64,000 nt of DNA from contig JBBRSP010000012.1 in the NCBI GenBank assembly GCA_038245295.1, forward strand, positions 136,798 to 200,797. The letters are read 5' to 3'. The notes under the pieces are model-generated. The model saw only the letters and a list, made by a program, of their open reading frames with translations, was not told where the DNA came from and made no database searches. The first letter of the stretch is position 1; each line of letters starts with the position of its first letter. Shown here one piece after another: positions 20,936-30,280 of the stretch. The stretch comes from Candidatus Binatia bacterium (GTDB taxonomy: Bacteria; Desulfobacterota; Binatia; HRBIN30). The position numbers and the translations under genes are program-made.

Positions 20936-21571
20936 ATGGACTACCTCGTCGCCCTTGAGGCCCTGAGTGGAAACTGGAACAGCCTCCCCGCCGCGGAACG
21001 AGCCGTCGTCCAGTCGGCCGGCGAGATCCGTCGACGTGAGTTCGCCACCGGTCGAATCGTCGCCCGTCGACTGCTCACCGCCCTCGGTGCTCGGCCGGGC
21101 CCCTTGTTGCCGGCGGAATCGGGCGCACCCTCATGGCCTGCCGGCTACACAGGATCAATCGCGCATTCTCGATCGGCATGCCTCGTCGTCGTGGCCCGCC
21201 GCGGCCTGGTGGAAGCGCTTGGTGTCGACATCGAAGATGTCCACCCAATCGCCCCGGCAACCTGGCCGCTGATTCTGACAGACACAGAGCACCGAGGCCT
21301 CGAGGCGAACAACCAGGCTGCCGGCCTCTCTGTCTTGCGCTCTTTTTGCGCCAAGGAAGCGGCGTTCAAAAGCGGAATCTGGCCGGACGAGCGCCGATTC
21401 GAACCGCGCCACTTCGAGATCAGCTGGGAGGCCAACGAAATGTTCTCGGCGCGCAACGGCCATCGAAGCTGTCGCGGCCAGCTTTTGCGCACGGCGCAGT
21501 GGCTGTGCGCCGTCGTCTTGAGCCCAGCATGCGCCGCAAGCCGGCGGGAAGGAGCGTTCGACGTTGCCTGA
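20936..21571 (+). CDS. 4'-phosphopantetheinyl transferase (EntD/Sfp-type)
   Basis: RRREFATGR, GAPSWP..GSIAHS, LGVDIE, FCAKEAAFK. Confidence 0.92.
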   Translation: MDYLVALEALSGNWNSLPAAERAVVQSAGEIRRREFATGRIVARRLLTALGARPGPLLPAESGAPSWPAGYTGSIAHSRSACLVVVARRGLVEALGVDIEDVHPIAPATWPLILTDTEHRGLEANNQAAGLSVLRSFCAKEAAFKSGIWPDERRFEPRHFEISWEANEMFSARNGHRSCRGQLLRTAQWLCAVVLSPACAASRREGAFDVA

Positions 21572-23183
21572 TCGCCGGCCTGCCGAAGATGGTGAGTCGC
21601 TCGACCGGCTTATCGCCGGCCTCTCTGATCCACGCTGTTACGCGTCGCGGCCGCAACGGGTCGAGGTTATGCAGACGCATATCTCCTGCGTCTTCCTGGC
21701 CGGAGACGACGTTTACAAGGTCAAGAAGCCGGTCCACTTCTCCTTCCTCGACTTCTCTACCCTCGAACGGCGGCGCCATTTCTGCCACGAGGAGGTCCAT
21801 CTCAACCGCCGTCTCGCCGCATCGATCTACCACGGTGTCGTGGCGATTGTTCGCGACGGCGGCGGCTATCGCATTGCGGAAGCGTCACATCCACAGGCGG
21901 TGGAATACGCCGTCCATATGCAGCGCTTACCGCGCGGACGCCGGCTCGACGAGCTGATCACCAGCAATCAAGTCGAACCAGGCATGATTGATCAGCTGGT
22001 GCGACGACTGATCCGCTTTCACGCCGAAGCTCCAAGTAATCCCACCATCACCGCCAACGGCACACCCGCGGCGATCTGGGCCATCCTCAACGACAACTTC
22101 ACCAACGGCCGCCGCTTCCGCGGCAGGACCCTGGAGGAACACGAGAACACGTTGATCGAGTCGGTGACGCGACGCTTCCTCGACTGCAACACCGCGCTCC
22201 TCGAGCAACGTCAACAGCAAGGGCGTATCCGCGATTGCCATGGCGATCTGCACGCCGATCACATTTGTTTTGGCGACGAGTTGTTGATCGTCGACTGCAT
22301 CGAGTTCAACACGCAGTTCCGTTACATCGACGTTGCTTCCGAGGTCGCCTTCCTGGCGATGGACCTCGACTACCTCGGACGCCACGACCTAAGCCGCCAC
22401 TTCGTCGAGCGGTATGCCGAGATGGCCGCCGATCCGGGCGTTCTGGCATTGTTGCCGTTCTATGGCTGCTACCGCGCCTATGTGCGCGGCAAGGTCGACA
22501 GCCTGAAGACCGAAGAAACGGAGCTCAGCGACGACGATCGACAGAAGACAGTCGACAGCGCGCGCCGCCGCTTCGCGCTGTCGTATCGCTACGCCTGGAG
22601 CCTGGAGCCGTTGCTGATCGTTGTGATGGGGCCGAGCGGCAGCGGCAAATCAACCCTGGCCGAACAGCTCAGCCAACGTCTCGGCTTCGCCCATCTGAAT
22701 TCGGATCTGATCCGCAAACAACTCGCCGGTGTGCCGGCGACACAACGCCTCACCGATGCCAAGGGTGAGAGTCTGTACCAACCAGAATACTCGCGCCGCA
22801 CCTATGGCGAGCTGCACACGCGCGCCGCCGCCGCACTCGACCAAGGCAACGGTGTCATCGTCGACGCTACCTTCCTGCATCGTCGGGAGCGGGACGCCAT
22901 TACTACCATTGCCACCACAGGCGGCCACCGCATCGTCTTCGTGGTCTGCCGCGGCAGCGAAGAAACCTTGCGGCAACGCCTCGCCGAGCGCGCCAAGCGT
23001 GACGATTCACCCTCCGATGCCACTTGGGAAATCTACCAACAGCAGATGTCCGGCTACGAACCTCTGCAGGGCGAAGAGCTGGAACACGCCATCAACGCCG
23101 GCACCAACGCCGACATGGAGTCCGTGCGCCAAGAAGTTGAGCGTGCCCTGGTGGCATTCGCCATCTCCCCAAAAGACGTCTGA
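21564..23183 (+). CDS. bifunctional aminoglycoside-phosphotransferase-like / AAA_33 P-loop kinase protein
   Basis: QTHIS, YKVKKPV, CHGDLH, DCIEF, then GPSGSGKST and SDAT. Confidence 0.92.
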   Translation: MPDRRPAEDGESLDRLIAGLSDPRCYASRPQRVEVMQTHISCVFLAGDDVYKVKKPVHFSFLDFSTLERRRHFCHEEVHLNRRLAASIYHGVVAIVRDGGGYRIAEASHPQAVEYAVHMQRLPRGRRLDELITSNQVEPGMIDQLVRRLIRFHAEAPSNPTITANGTPAAIWAILNDNFTNGRRFRGRTLEEHENTLIESVTRRFLDCNTALLEQRQQQGRIRDCHGDLHADHICFGDELLIVDCIEFNTQFRYIDVASEVAFLAMDLDYLGRHDLSRHFVERYAEMAADPGVLALLPFYGCYRAYVRGKVDSLKTEETELSDDDRQKTVDSARRRFALSYRYAWSLEPLLIVVMGPSGSGKSTLAEQLSQRLGFAHLNSDLIRKQLAGVPATQRLTDAKGESLYQPEYSRRTYGELHTRAAAALDQGNGVIVDATFLHRRERDAITTIATTGGHRIVFVVCRGSEETLRQRLAERAKRDDSPSDATWEIYQQQMSGYEPLQGEELEHAINAGTNADMESVRQEVERALVAFAISPKDV

Positions 23184-23187
23184 ACGA

Positions 23188-23240
23188 GTGAGCCCTTCAA
23201 CCACCTAAGCCCAAGACTGTGCCCTAGCCTAAGCCTTCCT
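23188..23240. repeat. 6-bp-period degenerate repeat tract (CCTAAG-like), left copy
   Basis: cctaag-cccaag-actgtg-ccctag-cctaag; begins GTGAGCCCT and ends GCCTAAGCCTTCCT as at 24482-24602. Confidence 0.6.
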
Positions 23241-23414
23241 AATCGGCCGACCGCATCAGGCACCGGCGATTTCCCTCGCGATCCCTGCACCGCAGACATC
23301 ACTTGAGGACAGCCCGTGTACTCAACCTGAGTACACCGAACGAGCATCCTCAATCGCCCGAGCCTCTCCGCTGACACGGCGCGGTTCTTGCCACTACGTC
23401 ACGCGGAGGTATTT

Positions 23415-24008
23415 ATGAAGGACAACATTCCACAACCCCCGGCAACAGCAACGACAGCACCAGACCCGGCTCAGGCAGAACGTATTGCTCGGCTGCGCGA
23501 GCGTATTCGGAACCTCCCGGGCGGCGCGCTGATCGGTTGCAGCGACTCCTGTCCGGCCGATGTGGAGGAGAGGTTCCTGGCGAACGTGCTCTCGATTGAA
23601 GAGGAACCCACCGTCTCGTTGTTGGAGCAGCTCCAAACGCGCGGCGTGCGGGTGGTGCCGCCGGAGACGCTCGATGACGCCGATCTCACACCCGCACTGT
23701 GGCAACTCATCGAGGCGTTGGCCGACGTCGGGATCTGCCTGGAGCGCACCGATCATCTGAGCGATCGCCAGCTGTACGATTGGCTGTGGACCACGCAGCT
23801 ACCTGAGCCAATCAACTTGCCCGAGTGCGATGACGGAGGCACCTGGCACTTCGATGTCCTCGGCGGTTGCAGCCTCGAGGACCTCCGTACTTGCCTGACC
23901 TATTACGCCGATGACTATTATCGCGAGCAGTGGGTGGAGGAGTTCCCCAACGAGCCACTTCCGGAACCTCGGCCACGCCCCTTCGATCGCGATCGGCACC
24001 TGCCGTAA
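23415..24008 (+). CDS. acidic conserved hypothetical protein
   Basis: GGAGG SD before ATG 23415; protein-like motifs TDHLSDRQLY, YYAD, PFDRDRHLP. Confidence 0.8.
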   Translation: MKDNIPQPPATATTAPDPAQAERIARLRERIRNLPGGALIGCSDSCPADVEERFLANVLSIEEEPTVSLLEQLQTRGVRVVPPETLDDADLTPALWQLIEALADVGICLERTDHLSDRQLYDWLWTTQLPEPINLPECDDGGTWHFDVLGGCSLEDLRTCLTYYADDYYREQWVEEFPNEPLPEPRPRPFDRDRHLP

Positions 24009-24192
24009 CTACCTCGATCGACGCACAGACTGCCCCGAACAATTTCGCGCCATTGGCTGGGTCCGAGGAAAGTTGTACTCCGTCATCTATGAGCAACGCG
24101 AAGATGCTCGTGGCGAGTATTGCCATCTGGTAACGCTATGGAGGGCCACCACGGAGGAAGAGCTTTTGTATGAAAGCGCGGTCACAAGTTAA
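24004..24192 (+). pseudogene. 5'-truncated BrnT-like toxin remnant
   Basis: QFRAIGWVRGKLYSVIYEQRE...LVTLWRATTEEELLY resembles the BrnT C-terminal half; no start or N-terminal half; overlaps an RHH antitoxin gene. Confidence 0.65.
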
Positions 24193-24427
24193 GCGGGCTC
24201 CCACCGCTGAGGCAATCGCCAAGAAGGCCGATCGCGGCGGCAGCGTGAGTGCCTACTTCGAGAATACCGGACACATCGTAGAGCCGCCCACGTCAGTCGA
24301 AGTAGAGTTCCCTGCCGATCTACTGTCCCGCGTCGACCACGAAGCCGCCGTCCTCCAAGTCACCCGCCAGGTGCTGATCAACAAGCTCGTCCGCCAAGCT
24401 CTCGACCGGCGTCGGCGGGTCAATTGA
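24170..24427 (+). CDS. CopG/RHH-type (BrnA-like) antitoxin
   Basis: AEAIAKKADRG..S.YF, then VEVEFPADLLSRVDHEA..LQVTRQVLI ribbon-helix-helix. Confidence 0.75.
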   Translation: MKARSQVKRAPTAEAIAKKADRGGSVSAYFENTGHIVEPPTSVEVEFPADLLSRVDHEAAVLQVTRQVLINKLVRQALDRRRRVN

Positions 24428-24481
24428 ATCGCGGCGCTTGATAGGTACGATCTTTGACGATCGAGAAAGCGTATCAGCCCG

Positions 24482-24602
24482 GTGAGCCCTAACCTGAGGC
24501 CCGCCTGAAAAGGCAAGGCTGAGGCTGGGGCGAGGCTGAGTCTAGAGGCGGCAAATACTTCATTCACCCCAGCCTAGCCTGAGCCCCGGCCTAAGCCTTC
24601 CT
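24482..24602. repeat. 6-bp-period inverted tandem repeat tract, right copy
   Basis: aggctgaggctggggcgaggctgag ... ccccagcctagcctgagccccggcctaagcc. Confidence 0.65.
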
Positions 24603-25693
24603 CAAGCGGTCGGCCGAAAAGCATCGATCAGCTCCTTGCAGTACCGCACGGCCGCCGCAACTTTATGCGGCGACGTCTGCCCGAGCCGGACTACGACGAG
24701 GTCGAGCTTCGGGCTGATGAGAATGCGCTGGCCCCAGGCGCCGCTGCAATAGAAGGTCCCGAGGCTTCCCGGCACGGCCCAGAAGTGGGCGCCGTAGGTC
24801 CCTTCCGATTGCGGTGAGCCGGCGCGCGCGTAGTCGACCCAACCTTCGGGAAGAATGCGGTTGCCGTCCCAGACGCCGTCGCGCAAATAGAGATACCCAA
24901 AGCGCGCGAAGTCGCGCGCGCTGCAGTAGCAATGGCTCGAGCCGATGAAGTTGCCGGTAGCGTCGAATCTGGGATCGGCGGTCGTCATGCCGATCCGGTC
25001 GAACAGCTCGCGCTGCATGAAGGCGCGCATCTCCGACTCGCCGCCGCCGATGGTCTCGCGCACCAGACGCGACAACAGGTTGCTGGCGCCGCTGTTGTAG
25101 TTCCAACGCGCCTCGGGCTCGACTTGATACGGCAACGTCGAGGCGAAGGCCGCGACGTCGTCCTTGCCGATACCGAACAACATCGGGATGACGTCGGACT
25201 CGTCCTCCGGGTAGTAACGGACCGACCCGTTACCGATATGCTCGGCCTCGCGAAAGCGCAGCCCATCGACCATGCGCAGCATCTGATCGATCGTGATGCG
25301 CCGCCGCGGATCATCGGCGCCCCACTCCTTCACCGGGATCGGCTGCGAGATATCGAGTTTGCCCTGCTTCACCAGGATGCCGATGAGCGAGCTGGTGATG
25401 CTCTTGGCCATCGACCACGAGATGAACGCCCGGTCGGGATCAACGTCGTGACGATAACGCTCCGCAACGATGGCACCGTGTTGCACGATGACCACGGCAT
25501 TGGTGCGCTCGAGATCGTCAGGCTCCGGCTCGCTGAACGCATGATCCAACATGTGCTCCAGCGTGGCGCGATCGACGCGTCGATCGAGGTCGGCCCGCGG
25601 CCAGACGCGTGTCGGCCAAGCGAGACCCGCCGGATGCGGAGGGAGCGGGAGCAACGACGATTGGGCGCGCTGTGGCGCTGACGGGGTAGCCAT
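24602..25693 (-). CDS. serine hydrolase, beta-lactamase class C-like family
   Basis: SMAK (SxxK), WNYNSG, ARDFARFG, GAWGQ. Confidence 0.92.
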   Translation of the reverse strand: MATPSAPQRAQSSLLPLPPHPAGLAWPTRVWPRADLDRRVDRATLEHMLDHAFSEPEPDDLERTNAVVIVQHGAIVAERYRHDVDPDRAFISWSMAKSITSSLIGILVKQGKLDISQPIPVKEWGADDPRRRITIDQMLRMVDGLRFREAEHIGNGSVRYYPEDESDVIPMLFGIGKDDVAAFASTLPYQVEPEARWNYNSGASNLLSRLVRETIGGGESEMRAFMQRELFDRIGMTTADPRFDATGNFIGSSHCYCSARDFARFGYLYLRDGVWDGNRILPEGWVDYARAGSPQSEGTYGAHFWAVPGSLGTFYCSGAWGQRILISPKLDLVVVRLGQTSPHKVAAAVRYCKELIDAFRPTA

Positions 25694-25757
25694 GGGCGGA
25701 ACATAGGTTGGTCCGGTGGCAGCATGCAAACCTGATCGGGAGTCGGCGTTGCTTCGA

Positions 25758-25812
25758 TCGGACGAGTCGGACGAGCCTGACAGGTCCGACCAGTCCGAGT
25801 CAGTCCGACCTC
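25758..25812. repeat. 9-10 bp tandem repeat TC(G/C)GACnnG downstream of the four-helix-bundle gene
   Basis: tcggacgag tcggacgag cctgacagg tccgaccag tccgagtcag tccgacctc. Confidence 0.85.
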
Positions 25813-26416
25813 CGGCGGGCGGCTTGCCGCTGCCGATAGAGGTTTTCCGTAAAACCTCCTTCGGCATTGAACTGTCTCCCCTGGCTCTCGATCTGACGCC
25901 GTAACAGATAGGAGGCTTGATGAACCGCGCACACCATCGCGTTGGCGGCAATTTCGGGCGTCGCAAACGCGACGAACCTGGCCAAGTCCGCGAGCCCCTC
26001 GAGACGCACCCGGCCTACCCCACCAGCGGCCGCAGATCCACAGCAACATCGTGGCGCAGCCGTTCCTGCATCGCTTTGGCCGGGGGCGAATCCTTGGGCC
26101 ACAACAACAATCGATTTTGTCGCAGGAACGACTCGAAGTCGTGCAACAACTCATCGTTGAGGCTGGGACGCGCAACGTTGATCAGCTTCATCTCTGTCTT
26201 GCGCGATGTCGCTGCGGCATGACTCCCCTCGCTGATGTTGCGCACCCCACTGCGCGCGGCTTGCATCATTTGGTCGCTCATACGCCAATCATGAGCATAG
26301 AATCGCCGACAGAAGGCGACGGTCGCGTCATAGACTGCCTCCGCCACAACGTAGCTGCGCAGCTTGCGGTAGCCGCCATGGGGCAACAGCGGAGTGTCTT
26401 CGGAGCTCTTGGCCAT
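25800..26416 (-). pseudogene. four-helix-bundle (IVS/bAvd-like) protein with suffix domain, split by a 1-nt frameshift near 26030
   Basis: GGYRKLRSY..DQMMQAARSGVRNISEGS..TEMKL.NVAR in one frame; AANAMVCAVHQASYLLRRQI...EGGFTENLY in the adjacent frame. Confidence 0.85.
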
Positions 26417-26418
26417 GG

Positions 26419-26483
26419 GTCGACCTCTCCGACAAGTCTGACGAGTCGGACTCAGTCGGACTCAGTCCGACGGGTCCGACTCG
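26419..26483. repeat. 9-10 bp tandem repeat TC(G/C)GACnnG upstream of the four-helix-bundle gene
   Basis: tccgacaag tctgacgag tcggactcag tcggactcag tccgacggg tccgactcg. Confidence 0.85.
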
Positions 26484-26577
26484 TCGTCATCCCATTCGTG
26501 CAACCGCCGCCGCAGCGCAAGGAAGAACGCGAGAGTTCCTTGAGCCGAGCAGTACTAAGCCCTTGCCCAAGCCTATT

Positions 26578-27456
26578 TCACGGTTCCTCGAGAGCCACCA
26601 TGTCCACCGACACCTCGGGCGCATGCGCTCCGCCGCCGAACACCACTCCTTTGAGCGGTGCTACGTCGCCATAGTCACGGCCCCAAGCGATCGTCACGTG
26701 GCGATCACTCGGTCGCAGATTGTTGGTCGGATCGAAGTCGACCCAGCCATAGTTGGGGAGATACGCCGCGAACCAGGCGTGCGAGACGTCGGCGCCGCGC
26801 AGCCGCTCCTGGCCCGGCGGTGGCAGGGTTTCGACGTAACCGCTCACATATCGCGCCGGGATTCCTTTCGAACGCAAGGCGGCGATCGCCAGGTGCGCGT
26901 AGTCCTGACAAACACCACCGCGCTGCGCCAACACCGCCGACGGCGGCGTGCTGACGGTCGTCAGCTTCGGATCGAAGGCAAGCTCGTCGTGGATGCGCGC
27001 ACACAAGCCGGCAACCGCCTCGAGCAGCGGTCGCCGTGGTGCGAAGCAGGCGGCGGCCCAGGCCGAAACTTCAGCGGACATGGCGGCAAACGGCGAATCC
27101 AGGACGAATTGGCGAGCCTCGAGTGTCTCCGGATCAGTCGCCTGGTGCAGCATCGCCACCACTTCGTCCCACGGGGGCGATGACGCCGGCAGAGCCGTCG
27201 GGGCCTCCACCCGAACTTCACTGGTCGACGTAACAACGAGCTCCTGATGCGGCGCCTGCAGCGCGAAGTAGTCGACGCGGTTGCCGAACATGTCCTCACG
27301 CTCAGCCCGCTGCGCCGCTTCGGGCCGCACCTCCACCTCGCTGTACGCGCAGCGCTGCTGTGACGTCGCGCGCGGTTGCAGGTGTGCCTCGTTGTGGCAT
27401 AGCCGCACCGGCTGTTCGTAGGCATAACGCGTGACGTGAACGATGCGGTACTTCAT
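26578..27456 (-). CDS. transglutaminase-like protein (Bact_transglu_N + core)
   Basis: YRIVHVTRYAY, GVCQDYAH, ARYVSGY, SHAW, DFDPTN, GRDY.DV; ATGA overlap with upstream gene. Confidence 0.93.
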   Translation of the reverse strand: MKYRIVHVTRYAYEQPVRLCHNEAHLQPRATSQQRCAYSEVEVRPEAAQRAEREDMFGNRVDYFALQAPHQELVVTSTSEVRVEAPTALPASSPPWDEVVAMLHQATDPETLEARQFVLDSPFAAMSAEVSAWAAACFAPRRPLLEAVAGLCARIHDELAFDPKLTTVSTPPSAVLAQRGGVCQDYAHLAIAALRSKGIPARYVSGYVETLPPPGQERLRGADVSHAWFAAYLPNYGWVDFDPTNNLRPSDRHVTIAWGRDYGDVAPLKGVVFGGGAHAPEVSVDMVALEEP

Positions 27457-29972
27457 CGGCCCAACACCACGAGCTGCTGCGGCCGATCCGGTCGGCTGAA
27501 GTAGGTGCGCGTCATGAGGTCGGACAACGCCGCCAGCGCTTCGGCTGTCTGCTCCAGAACTCGATTGAGCGCCGCTCCGGGTTGGCGCGGCGCGGCGCCG
27601 GACGCTCCGCCACTGGTCAGTCTTAGGGCATCGAGTGTGTCGGCGATCAGGGCTTGCGTCGGGCTGCGCTGCCCCGGTACCGACAAGCCGGCCAGAAGAG
27701 CGTCGAGTCGCAGCAGTTGATGCACGACGGAACGCGGATTGGTCTCGTCGTCGAGCACAAGGTCGAGCACCACGCCCGCTTCCGTGCCGCTGCGGTCGCG
27801 GCGTCGGTGCGCCGTCGACGCGTCGGCGATCAGCAACAGATCGTCCCACGGCACCGCCAATGGATTGCTGCCGGGCGGACAGATGGCCTGTGTCGTCATC
27901 AACATCCCCAGGGCGCGTTCGAGGCGCCTGCCGATCTCAAGGAAATGCCAGCCGTCGCCGCGGCTCATGCTGTCGGCGCTCAAGCCGGCAAACGCCGCCA
28001 ACAGCGTCAACATGCGGTCGAGGTCCGACAACGCCTGGCGCAAATCGATATCCCCCATCAGCTCACGATCCAGGTTGTTGATTACCCGCCAGGTGTCGGC
28101 CGACAGTCGATCACGCACCGCCCGCGCCGTCCGCACCAGGGCGCTGAGGTTGTAACGCACACTGCCGGTGCGACGCGCGTCGAGCAGAACGGCAAGCAAC
28201 TCGTCGTCCGGTTCGGCGAGACGTTGCGCCGCCCCTGCGGCGACAAACCCCGGATAGGTTCCGCTGACCCTTGTCACCGCCGTCAGCAGTGCGGCCAGCG
28301 ATACGCGACCAGGCTCCTCTTCGGGATGCAGTCGATGCCGCAGGATTTCCCGGATGACACGACCGGCGGCCTCGGCGCGCTCGGCATAACGGCCGGCCCA
28401 GAACAGGTTGTCGGCGACACGGGCGGGCACCGCCTGCTTGCCACGCAACAACAGGGGCCGTCGGTCGGCCGGCAGTAGCAAGCCGGCTTCATGCTCGGGC
28501 TCGGAGGCGAGCACCCACACGTCCTTGCTGACCCCACCGACCTGATTGGAAACCAGCGAACTGGCGCGCGACGGCGCAACACGACAAAGCCCACCCGGCA
28601 TGACAAGGAATCCGTCATCGGCGGCAGCCAGGAAGCTGCGCACGACCATAGCGCGCGGCTCCAATGTCGAGCCGCGCATCACCGGCGCCGTCGACAGCGA
28701 TAGGCGCTCCTGGCCGACATACAGGTGCGGTTGGGCACGGATGCGGCCGGCGAGCTGACGGCGCTCGTGTTCGTCGATCGCTTCGCCGAACACCGTCAGA
28801 TGCGTCGAGTGCGAAAAGATCGGTTTGACGACGAGTTTGTCGAGATGATCGAGCACATAGGCGAGTCCATCGTCGCTGCCGCACCACCACGTCGGCACCG
28901 ACGGCAGCTTCAACTCCTCACCCAGCAGCTGACGCGCAAGCTGCGGCAGGAACGCCATCAGTCCCGGGTTCTCGACCGCGCTACTGCCGAGTGGATTGAC
29001 GATGGCCACGTTTCCTTGGCGCGCTACCTGCAACAGGCCCGGTGTGCCGAGGAGTGAGTCGGGACGCAGCTCGAGCGGATCACAGAACGCCGCGTCAACA
29101 CGCCGCAGCAACACATCCACCGGATTGAGCCCGTCCAGGCTGCGCAGCCACAAACGCTGGTCTTTCACCGTCAGGTCGTCGCCCTGCGCCATCGTGCAGC
29201 CGAGCTGGTTGGCGAGGAAGGCGTGTTCGAAATACGTTTCGTTGCTCGGGCCGGGCGTCAGCAGCACGATGTGCGGCTCGTCATCCTGTCGCGGCGCGAC
29301 CCGCGCCAGCATGGCGCGCAGGCCACGGAAAAACTGCGGCAAACGATGCACGTGGGCGTCGCGAAAGACACTCGGCAGGACACGGGTGAGGACGGATCGG
29401 TTTTCGAGGGCGTATCCAACACCCGACGGCGCCTGGGCGCGATCGCCGAGAACGAGCATCTCGCCATTGCGCGTGCGTGCAAGGTCGGCGGCATAGATCG
29501 GCAGATGCCGACCACGCGGCGCCGGCGCGCCAACACACGGGAGCAGGAAACCAGGGTGCCCGTACACTAGTTCCGGCGGCAACACGCCGCTGCGCACCAG
29601 CCGGCGTTCGCCGTAGAGGTCGGCGAGAATCAATTCGAGCAGCTCAGCGCGCTGAATCAGCCCTTGTTCGATCGTCTGCCACTCGGTGCTGATGATGAGC
29701 ACCGGCAACAGGTCGAGTTGCCACAAGCGCTCCGACGATTGCGGGTCGTCGTAGACATTGTACGTAACGCCATTCTCACGCAGCAGGCGACGCGCTTCGG
29801 TGGTGCGACGCCCGAATTCGTCGGCACCGAGCGCGGCGAGGGAGCGCATCACATAGTCCCACTGCGGCCGCAGTGAGCCATCCGCCGCGTAGAGCTCGTC
29901 GTACGCGGCGGCCAACGGCTGGTAGCCGACCGGGAAAGCAACTTGCGGCGCTGGATCGCTGGCCGTGTTCAC
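27453..29972 (-). CDS. circularly permuted ATP-grasp type 2 ligase fused to an alpha-E domain
   Basis: DRAQAPSGVGYALENR, TPGPSNETYFEH, RRVD..CDPLEL, SKDVWV; alpha-E LFWAGRYAERAE, GRRLER, NPRS. Confidence 0.93.
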   Translation of the reverse strand: MNTASDPAPQVAFPVGYQPLAAAYDELYAADGSLRPQWDYVMRSLAALGADEFGRRTTEARRLLRENGVTYNVYDDPQSSERLWQLDLLPVLIISTEWQTIEQGLIQRAELLELILADLYGERRLVRSGVLPPELVYGHPGFLLPCVGAPAPRGRHLPIYAADLARTRNGEMLVLGDRAQAPSGVGYALENRSVLTRVLPSVFRDAHVHRLPQFFRGLRAMLARVAPRQDDEPHIVLLTPGPSNETYFEHAFLANQLGCTMAQGDDLTVKDQRLWLRSLDGLNPVDVLLRRVDAAFCDPLELRPDSLLGTPGLLQVARQGNVAIVNPLGSSAVENPGLMAFLPQLARQLLGEELKLPSVPTWWCGSDDGLAYVLDHLDKLVVKPIFSHSTHLTVFGEAIDEHERRQLAGRIRAQPHLYVGQERLSLSTAPVMRGSTLEPRAMVVRSFLAAADDGFLVMPGGLCRVAPSRASSLVSNQVGGVSKDVWVLASEPEHEAGLLLPADRRPLLLRGKQAVPARVADNLFWAGRYAERAEAAGRVIREILRHRLHPEEEPGRVSLAALLTAVTRVSGTYPGFVAAGAAQRLAEPDDELLAVLLDARRTGSVRYNLSALVRTARAVRDRLSADTWRVINNLDRELMGDIDLRQALSDLDRMLTLLAAFAGLSADSMSRGDGWHFLEIGRRLERALGMLMTTQAICPPGSNPLAVPWDDLLLIADASTAHRRRDRSGTEAGVVLDLVLDDETNPRSVVHQLLRLDALLAGLSVPGQRSPTQALIADTLDALRLTSGGASGAAPRQPGAALNRVLEQTAEALAALSDLMTRTYFSRPDRPQQLVVLGR

Positions 29973-30087
29973 GCTCTCAAACTCCTCCCCACCTCACATC
30001 TAGCCGAACACGGCGCGCTGCGCCGCTCCTGGATGCGCACCTCCGACTCCACAAGCGGGCCACCGAACGCAAGCGGGAAGCGCGACG

Positions 30088-30239
30088 AAGCGCCCCCTCT
30101 CCCGCCTTTGGCGGAAGGGTCGATGGTGGGAGAGGGTCGGGGTGAGGGCACGCGATGATTTCATCTGTATCCGCCGACGGGCCCTCACCCTAACCCTCTC
30201 CCAGCGGCTGCAAATCCTGTCGAGCTGGGAGAGGGGATG
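30088..30239. repeat. REPIN-like doublet of CCCCTCTCCC..GGGAGAGGG / CCCTCACCC hairpins
   Basis: Two nested hairpins in inverted orientation; inverted copy at 39210-39361. Confidence 0.85.
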
Positions 30240-30280
30240 ATTCGCAACTACAGAATCGAGTGCCCAGGCACGCACGGCCA

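Noticed and set aside
25758..26483. Diversity-generating retroelement (Avd-like gene)
   Set aside because: No reverse transcriptase and no TR/VR pair with adenine-specific mismatches in the window
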